Assembly: GCF_014280175.1 (NCBI RefSeq)
Contig: NZ_CP047931.1
Coordinates: 1,230,001 to 1,262,000 of the forward strand
Direction of reading: 5' to 3'
DNA: 32,000 bases
From: Synechococcus sp. A15-28
GTDB lineage: Bacteria > Cyanobacteriota > Cyanobacteriia > PCC-6307 > Cyanobiaceae
Shown here in pieces: positions 26,069-32,000 of the stretch (position 1 is the stretch's first letter; each line of letters starts with the position of its first letter). A model generated the notes under the pieces. The model did not search any database. It saw nothing but the letters and a program-made list of their open reading frames with translations, and was not told the origin of the DNA. Both the position numbers and the translations under genes were made by a program.

Positions 26069-26093
26069 CCCCGCCTTGGCGGGGCTTTTTTTT
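26069..26093 (+). terminator. Rho-independent terminator
   Basis: CCCCGC-CTTG-GCGGGG-C-TTTTTTTT directly after the DUF4278-like ORF. Confidence 0.85.
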
Positions 26094-26097
26094 GCCC

Positions 26098-26346
26098 TCA
26101 GCCAACGGTTAATTCACCATCAACGCCGTACTGATGTAGACACTGCTTCACCGTGAGCACCGACAGGGTGCTGCCTGTGTCGGCATCGAACAACACGTAG
26201 GGACAGCCCCGAACAACACAGCGACGGCGCGCATCCACGTAGGCATTAAACAGGGTCTGGTGGGAACATTCCTCCACCCAGCCGCTGCTGCTCAAATAGC
26301 GCGTCAGGATCATGCGCCCCTCACAGATGCTTCCGTGATGGCCCAT
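26098..26346 (-). CDS. Hypothetical protein (82 aa; true start may be internal)
   Basis: MILTRYLSSSGWVEECSHQTLFNAYVDARRRCVVRGCPYVLFDADTGSTLSVLTVKQCLHQYGVDGELTVG plausible; region otherwise lacks a gene. Confidence 0.45.
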   Translation of the reverse strand: MGHHGSICEGRMILTRYLSSSGWVEECSHQTLFNAYVDARRRCVVRGCPYVLFDADTGSTLSVLTVKQCLHQYGVDGELTVG

Positions 26347-26413
26347 GCATCGGTGAGATCGCCGAAGTTACCTGAACTCTTCGGGATCAGAGCCGCCTGA
26401 TGGGTACCCCCTG

Positions 26414-26662
26414 TTGTTCAGCACAACCAACCAGCGCTTGAAGATCGCGTTAGGAGGGGGCGTCGACCCAATCGGAATGCCACTGTTCGTCTGTGCCGGC
26501 TGCAGCATGCGCATCGAGCGCTCGATGGCCACTTATCTGCGCATGAAAGGCCGCGTGCTGTGCTCCACCTGTCTGGACCGCATGGAGGCTGAACAGACGG
26601 ATGGCAAAGACAGAAACGAACCAGGCCCCTCGAAGCCGACTCGAACCTCACCGATCAGTTGA
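26414..26662 (+). CDS. Small zinc-ribbon-like hypothetical protein
   Basis: FVCAGCSMRIERSMATYLRMKGRVLCSTCLDRME contains CxxC...CxxC. Confidence 0.45.
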   Translation: MFSTTNQRLKIALGGGVDPIGMPLFVCAGCSMRIERSMATYLRMKGRVLCSTCLDRMEAEQTDGKDRNEPGPSKPTRTSPIS

Positions 26663-26721
26663 TGGCGACATTTCGTAGCTGATCACACCACATGAGTTGC
26701 CGCTGCAACGGACAGTGGGCT

Positions 26722-26824
26722 TGCGGAGAAACCTAGGGTTCCGGTTCCGTCAGGGATGACTGGTCCGAGAGGTTTCGGTCGGTTCTGCCGACTGCACGGA
26801 GGGACAAAAGCCCGGGAGACCGCA
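26722..26824 (+). promoter_or_regulatory. Guanidine-I riboswitch (ykkC leader)
   Basis: CTAGGGTTCCGG ... CTGGTCCGAGAGG ... GCACGGAGGGACAAAAGCCCGGGAGA match the conserved ykkC/guanidine-I core; TGCGG(26722-26726)/CCGCA(26820-26824) closes P1; it lies just upstream of gdmH. Confidence 0.95.
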
Positions 26825-26844
26825 TCCACCCCATCTCCCCTCCG

Positions 26845-28035
26845 ATGTCCTCCCCCTCAGACCCCACTGGGGCCTTCCAGCGATCGCACCCCAGCGAGGG
26901 TTTCGCTGCGCTCGAAAAAGAACGGAAACTCCCGCTCACCGGCTGGCAACAGGAAGTTGATCAGGCCAAGCGTTTTGGCCTCGAAGCAGCCGAGAGCATC
27001 GTGGACCGCAACATCTCCACGTTTTCGCGAGGCGAATTGCCTCACTTTGCAGGAATCAACACTTTCATGAAGGCTCCCTACCTGGAGGATGTCACCCAGG
27101 TGGGGAACTACGACGTCGCCATCATCGGAGTACCCCACGATTGTGGGACGACGTACCGACCAGGCACCCGATTCGGCCCCCAGGGCATCCGCAGGATTTC
27201 TGCGCTGTACACCCCGTACAACTACGAGATGGGAGTGGACCTGCGTGAACAGATCACCCTGTGCGATGTCGGAGACATCTTCACGATTCCAGCCAACAAC
27301 GAGAAGAGTTTCGATCAGATCTCCAAGGGCATCGCCCACGTCTTCGCCAGCGGCGCCTTCCCGATCATTCTCGGCGGCGACCACTCCATCGGCTTCCCCA
27401 CTGTTCGTGGTGTTTGCCGCCATCTCGGTGACAAGAAAGTGGGCATCATCCACTTCGATCGACATGTCGACACCCAGGAGATCGACCTGGATGAACGCAT
27501 GCACACCTGTCCGTGGTTCCACGCCACCAACATGGCGAATGCCCCAGCTGAAAACCTGGTGCAGCTCGGCATCGGTGGTTGGCAAGTTCCCAGGGAAGGG
27601 GTGAAGGTTTGCCGTGAACGCGGCACCAACGTTCTCACAGTCACCGACATCACCGAGATGGGCCTGGAGGCGGCTGCTCAGTACGCCATAGAACGGGCCA
27701 CGGATGGTACTGACTGCGTCTACATCTCCTTTGATATCGACTGCATCGATGCCGGCTTTGTGCCGGGTACCGGTTGGCCCGAACCGGGCGGCCTGCTGCC
27801 GCGAGAAGCCCTCAAGCTGCTCGAGTTGATTGTCCGCAATATCCCGGTCTGTGGGCTCGAGATCGTTGAGGTGTCGCCTCCGTATGACATTAGTGACATG
27901 ACCTCATTGATGGCCACCCGCGTGATCTGCGATGCCATGGCTCACCTCGTGGTCAGCGGCCAGCTGCCCCGAAAGGGCACGCCGGCCTGGATCAGCGATG
28001 TCTGCAACATGAACGTCGATCAGAAGTGGAGGTAA
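26845..28035 (+). CDS. gdmH: Ni-dependent guanidine hydrolase (ureohydrolase family)
   Basis: Ureohydrolase motifs GGDHS, HFDRHVD, SFDIDCIDAGFVPGTGWPEPGG; guanidine-I riboswitch upstream, HypA/HypB-like genes and ABC transporter downstream, as in the Synechocystis sll1077 locus. Confidence 0.93.
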   Translation: MSSPSDPTGAFQRSHPSEGFAALEKERKLPLTGWQQEVDQAKRFGLEAAESIVDRNISTFSRGELPHFAGINTFMKAPYLEDVTQVGNYDVAIIGVPHDCGTTYRPGTRFGPQGIRRISALYTPYNYEMGVDLREQITLCDVGDIFTIPANNEKSFDQISKGIAHVFASGAFPIILGGDHSIGFPTVRGVCRHLGDKKVGIIHFDRHVDTQEIDLDERMHTCPWFHATNMANAPAENLVQLGIGGWQVPREGVKVCRERGTNVLTVTDITEMGLEAAAQYAIERATDGTDCVYISFDIDCIDAGFVPGTGWPEPGGLLPREALKLLELIVRNIPVCGLEIVEVSPPYDISDMTSLMATRVICDAMAHLVVSGQLPRKGTPAWISDVCNMNVDQKWR

Positions 28036-28038
28036 GCC

Positions 28039-28437
28039 ATGCACGAAGTCGACATGACCAAATGTCTACAGATCTCCCTCAATGAGTGGCGGGAACGTCG
28101 GGATGATCCCAGCGCAATGGTGGAAGTCATTCATCTCGATGTGGGGCGTTTCACCTGCGTGGAGCCCGATCAGCTGGTGACCACGTACAACGCCGCTGTC
28201 CAGGGCACCTGGCTGGATGGCTCCCGACTCACCATCACAGACATCCCCTTCGTTGGGTGCTGTGTGCTCTGCAAAAGCAGTTATTCCCCAACTCCGGAGA
28301 ACGCCTACCGATCCCCCTGCTGTGATCACCCCCTTGAAGACATTCTCAGCGGCAGGGAACTGAGGATCCGCAGCATCGATTACCGCAGTGATCCAGGTGC
28401 TGCTCTTGAGTCCACCTCAATCCAGCGTTCGCGCTGA
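28039..28437 (+). CDS. ghaA: HypA-like nickel chaperone for GdmH
   Basis: Starts [14 protein letters not shown] (HypA MHE motif); C-terminal Cys cluster; located between gdmH and a hypB-like gene. Confidence 0.85.
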
Positions 28438-28456
28438 AACCCATAACGACATAACC

Positions 28457-29176
28457 ATGCACATGCCCCTCGAGGACACCCTCGGTCTCAACCTTCTCGC
28501 CGCCAACCAACACCAGGCGGAGCACAACCAGGAGCACTTTGAGTGTTGGAACCTGCTCTGCCTCAATCTGATGAGCAGTCCTGGAGCCGGTAAGACGGCC
28601 CTGCTGGAACGCTCCCTTCCCGTCCTGACAGCGCAGCACAAGATGGCTGTCTTGGAGGGAGACATGACCACCCAGCTCGACGCTGAGCGGCTTGAGGCCG
28701 TCGGCATTCCGGTGGTGCCCATCACCACCGGTCGGGCGTGCCATCTCGATGCCTCCATGGTGAGCGGTGGGCTCACATTGCTGAAACAGCGACTGGATCC
28801 CGCCCAGCTCGATCTGCTGCTGGTGGAGAACGTCGGAAACCTCGTTTGTCCCGCCGAATTTGATGTTGGCGAACACCACAAGGTGGCCCTGCTCAGCGTC
28901 ACCGAAGGCGACGACAAACCACTTAAATACCCGCTGATGTTCCGTCAGGCCGATGTGGTGCTGATCACCAAGGTCGATCTGCTTCCCCACCTGCCTGTGG
29001 AGCTGGGGGCGATCCGCCGCAACATCCTCAGCATCAATCCCAACGCCACGGTGATCGAGGTCTCCGCCATCAGCGGCGAAGGGCTCGAGACCTGGCACCA
29101 GTGGGTGCGACAGGCCATTGCCGAGCGCACCACTGGAGCTTCAGCCATTCAGTCCCCCGCTCTGGCTACCGCCTGA
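28457..29176 (+). CDS. ghaB: HypB-like nickel-insertion GTPase for GdmH
   Basis: [18 protein letters not shown] (P-loop), [73 protein letters not shown]. Confidence 0.92.
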
Positions 29177-29214
29177 GCACAGTCCCTCTCCTCCTTCCCC
29201 ATCACGCCAATGCC

Positions 29215-30216
29215 ATGACCAAACAACTCCGCAATCTCCTGATCGCCGGCCTGGCGGTCGTTCTGGCCGTTGCCTGTTCCAAACCCTCAACGCCAGCGGT
29301 GGGCGGGACTCCGATCGTGCTCGGCTACAGCAACTGGGCCGGCTGGTGGCCATGGGCCATCGCCGTGGAAGAGAAGCTGTTCGAAAAGAACGGCGTGAAC
29401 GTTGAAATGAAATGGTTCGACGGCTACGTGCAGTCGATGGAAACCTTTGCTGCCGGCAAGATCGACGGCAATTCCCAAACACTCAACGACACCATCTCCT
29501 TCCTGCCTGGTGAGAACGGTGGCGAGGTTGTAGTGCTGGTCAACGACAATTCCGCCGGCAACGATCAGATCATTGCCGATGCCTCGATCACATCCGTCGC
29601 CGAACTAAAAGGCAAGACGGTGGCTGTGGAAGAAGGAGTCGTCGACGACTATCTGCTCAGCCTTGCCCTGAAGGATGTCGGCCTCAGCCGTGAGGATGTA
29701 GTGATCAAGGGCATGCCCACAGACCAGGCCGCCACGGCTTTCGCAGCCGGTCAGGTGGATGCTGTCGGCGCCTTCCCTCCTTACACCGGCACTGCTATGC
29801 AGCGAGAGGGTGCTCGGGTGATTGCCAGCTCCAAGGAGTATCCAGGCGCCATCCCTGATCTGCTCACTGTCAGTGGTGATTTGATCAAGGAACGGCCCGA
29901 CGACGTTCAAAAGATCGTCAAAACCTGGTGGGATGTGCGCGACTACATGGAGAAGAACCCCGAGAAATCGGAGGCGATCATGGCCAAGAGAGCTGGCATC
30001 CCCACAGAGGAATACGAGCAGTACAAGGACGGAACCCGTTTTTTCTCGATCAAGGAGAACCTGGAAGCTTTCAGCGATGGCGAGGGAATGCAATTCATGC
30101 CTTACGCCTCGGAATCCATGGCTGACTTCATGGTGTCGGTCGGATTCATTCCCGAGAAACCGGACATGAGCAACCTGTTCGATTCCAGCTTCATCAAGAA
30201 GGTCGCTGACTCCTGA
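29215..30216 (+). CDS. ABC transporter substrate-binding lipoprotein (SsuA/NMT1-like), putative guanidine import
   Basis: Lipobox VLAVACS; TPIVLGYSNWAGWWPWAIAVEEKLFEKNGVNVEMKWF; operonic with gdmH. Start trimmed to MTKQLRN. Confidence 0.88.
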   Translation: MTKQLRNLLIAGLAVVLAVACSKPSTPAVGGTPIVLGYSNWAGWWPWAIAVEEKLFEKNGVNVEMKWFDGYVQSMETFAAGKIDGNSQTLNDTISFLPGENGGEVVVLVNDNSAGNDQIIADASITSVAELKGKTVAVEEGVVDDYLLSLALKDVGLSREDVVIKGMPTDQAATAFAAGQVDAVGAFPPYTGTAMQREGARVIASSKEYPGAIPDLLTVSGDLIKERPDDVQKIVKTWWDVRDYMEKNPEKSEAIMAKRAGIPTEEYEQYKDGTRFFSIKENLEAFSDGEGMQFMPYASESMADFMVSVGFIPEKPDMSNLFDSSFIKKVADS

Positions 30217-31043
30217 TGACTGTCACGGCCGCCGCTGCCCACAAGGGGAAGAGCGCAGGGCTCCTCTCTCTGGTCACCCTGGGGGCCACCCCGTCGGGAA
30301 CCGTGCGCGGCGGCCTGCAGGTCGCCTCCCTGCTTCTTCCCCTGCTGGCCTGGGCTGCTATCGCCTCACTTGGGCTGGTGGATGAGAAATTTCTGCCGTC
30401 TCCAGCGGCTGTTTTCAAGTCCCTGGCCTCCATGGCCGAAAGCGGCATCCTGTTTCAGGACATCGTCGCCAGCACCGGACGCGTCTTCGCCGGATTCCTT
30501 CTGGCCACGGTGCTGGCCGTACCGATCGGTATCTGCATGGGGGTTTACCCGGCGATCTGCGCTCTCTGTGAGCCTCTGATCGCCATGCTGCGCTACATGC
30601 CGGCAGCCGCGTTCATCCCCCTGCTGATCATCTACCTCGGCATTGGTGAAGAACCCAAGATCGCGTTGATCTTTCTTGGCACGATCTATTTCAACATCCT
30701 GATGGTGATGGATGCGGTGAAATTCGTTCCCAAGGAACTCATCGAAACCACCCTGACACTCGGCGGCCGCAGCAGTCAGGTTCTGGTGCAGGTTGTGGCG
30801 CGTTACAGCTTGCCGAGCATCATCGACACCCTGCGCATCAACATCGCCACGTCCTGGAATCTCGTGGTGGTGGCTGAGCTTGTGGCAGCCGAAGTGGGTC
30901 TGGGCAAACGCATTCAATTGGCCCAGCGTTTCTTCCGCACGGATCAGATCTTTGCCGAGCTGATCGTGCTTGGGCTGATCGGGTTCGCTATCGACATGGG
31001 CTTCCGACTGTTGCTTCGTCTCAGCTGTCGTTGGGCGGTCTGA
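30216..31043 (+). CDS. ABC transporter permease (nitrate/sulfonate/taurine type)
   Basis: LLAWAAIASLGLVDEKFLPSP...RVFAGFLLATVLAVPIGICMG...YMPAAAFIPLLIIYLGIGEEPKIALIFLGTIYFNILMVMDAV...ATSWNLVVVAELVAAEVGLG. Confidence 0.92.
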   Translation: MTVTAAAAHKGKSAGLLSLVTLGATPSGTVRGGLQVASLLLPLLAWAAIASLGLVDEKFLPSPAAVFKSLASMAESGILFQDIVASTGRVFAGFLLATVLAVPIGICMGVYPAICALCEPLIAMLRYMPAAAFIPLLIIYLGIGEEPKIALIFLGTIYFNILMVMDAVKFVPKELIETTLTLGGRSSQVLVQVVARYSLPSIIDTLRINIATSWNLVVVAELVAAEVGLGKRIQLAQRFFRTDQIFAELIVLGLIGFAIDMGFRLLLRLSCRWAV

Positions 31044-31045
31044 CC

Positions 31046-31801
31046 ATGGAACTGAGCGTCCATAACTTATCCAAGCGCTATGGCGACAAAACGATTCTCC
31101 AGGGCATCAATTTCTCGATGCAGTCCGGTGATTTCGTTACCTTCGTCGGCAGCTCAGGTTGTGGCAAGAGCACCCTGCTACGGCTGATTGCAGGTCTCGA
31201 TCAGCCCAGCAGCGGCAGCATCCATGTGGATGGTTCACCGGTTCAAGCGCCGGGCCCGGACCGTGGCATGGTGTTTCAGAAATACAGCCTCTATCCGTGG
31301 CTGAATGCAGCCGATAACGTCGCCTTCGGCATGCGGCTGCAAGGGTTGAAGCCAGCGGACGTGCGCGAGCGCACCGCCTACTTCCTGGAGGTGGTGGGTC
31401 TGCAGGAAGCCGCCACCAAACTCCCGCGGGAACTCTCCGGTGGCATGCAGCAACGGGTGGCCATCGCCCGAGCCTTGGCCACCAATCCAAGCGTGCTTCT
31501 CCTTGATGAACCCTTTGGTGCTCTGGACCTCCAGATTCGGGAAACCATGCAGGATTTCCTGCTCAAACTCTGGCAACGTACGGGTCTGACCGTGCTTCTG
31601 ATCACCCACGATGTGGAGGAAGCCCTCGTCCTGGCTCAACGGGTTTACGTGCTGGCACCAAACCCCGGCCGCATCATCCGCTCCCTCGACGTGAACCTGA
31701 ACAAAGGCGATCTGGACAAGCTCCGCCTCAGCGGTGAGTTCCTGCAGCTGCGCCGCAGCCTTTCAGGATCGCTGCGTCAGCTGGAATCAACCGTGGGTTG
31801 A
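31046..31801 (+). CDS. ABC transporter ATP-binding protein
   Basis: Walker A GSSGCGKST; LSGGMQQRVAIARAL signature; LLLDEPFGALD Walker B. Start trimmed to MELSVHN. Confidence 0.95.
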   Translation: MELSVHNLSKRYGDKTILQGINFSMQSGDFVTFVGSSGCGKSTLLRLIAGLDQPSSGSIHVDGSPVQAPGPDRGMVFQKYSLYPWLNAADNVAFGMRLQGLKPADVRERTAYFLEVVGLQEAATKLPRELSGGMQQRVAIARALATNPSVLLLDEPFGALDLQIRETMQDFLLKLWQRTGLTVLLITHDVEEALVLAQRVYVLAPNPGRIIRSLDVNLNKGDLDKLRLSGEFLQLRRSLSGSLRQLESTVG

Positions 31802-32000
31802 TGGCGCCAAACGAATTTCTGCCTTCGCACATCTACTGCACGGAGACATCACATCGTTGGGATCGAAGCCAATACGCCGGTCACTGGTGGCATCCTGTCG
31901 GCAGCGCCTGGGATCTCCAACCAGGGCACAGCCTGGCGGTCCAGCTGCTGGGGCAACAGCTGCTGCTGACGCGACCAGATGAAGGCCCGCCAATGGCCTT
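31801..32000 (+). CDS. Rieske (2Fe-2S) oxygenase-like protein, 3' partial (runs off the window)
   Basis: MAPNEFLPSHIYCTETSHRWDRSQYAGHWWHPVGSAWDLQPGHSLAVQLLGQQLLLTRPDEGPPMAF: 'W.PV..A.DL.PG......LLG..L.L.R' as just upstream of the first Rieske CxH motif; ATG overlaps the ATPase TGA by 1 nt. Confidence 0.65.
   Translation, partial: MAPNEFLPSHIYCTETSHRWDRSQYAGHWWHPVGSAWDLQPGHSLAVQLLGQQLLLTRPDEGPPMA

Noticed and set aside
26675-26688. Possible NtcA box GTAGCTGATCACAC upstream of the guanidine riboswitch
   Set aside because: One mismatch to GTAN8TAC (CAC instead of TAC) and no convincing -10 box about 22 nt downstream; too weak to list as a feature.
26857-27585. 242-aa minus-strand ORF
   Set aside because: Antisense to gdmH, which has unmistakable ureohydrolase motifs.
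1-32000. CRISPR array, tRNA/rRNA genes, transposases, phage or canonical defence systems
   Set aside because: No regularly spaced direct repeats, tRNA T-loop signatures in a cloverleaf context, or recognisable IS, phage or defence proteins were seen on reading; a tRNAscan/CRISPR search was not possible here.

Overview
The window looks like a chromosomal segment of a marine picocyanobacterium (Synechococcus-like). This is inferred from gene content; no marker gene is present. It starts inside an orange carotenoid protein (OCP) gene followed by a CrtW-type ketolase and a fluorescence recovery protein: a photoprotection block. The middle is a run of small hypothetical genes interspersed with recognisable ones: GT2 glycosyltransferase, LuxR-type regulator, DUF411, DUF429, FAD oxidoreductase, gamma-glutamyltransferase, DUF427, Nif11-like, DUF1330, DoxX, SelO, lipocalin-like, DUF924, DUF3104, cupin and CYP120-like P450. 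The strongest regulatory and accessory signals are: (1) a guanidine-I (ykkC) riboswitch directly upstream of a Ni-dependent guanidine hydrolase operon (gdmH, HypA-like and HypB-like chaperones, ABC importer), coupled to a Rieske-type protein that runs off the window; (2) two copies of a structured RNA resembling the glutamine-II/Downstream-peptide riboswitch, with compensatory P2 and pseudoknot changes. One copy precedes a 34-aa DUF4278-like peptide and has a perfect GTA-N8-TAC NtcA-type box 7 nt upstream. The other precedes a 58-aa peptide directly followed by selO; (3) gene decay around 9.9-10.7 kb: a DUF433 antitoxin with an N-terminally truncated DUF5615 toxin, next to a yccF homologue interrupted by an in-frame TAG. 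Several short ORFs below the 60-aa track cutoff were found by reading the sequence.
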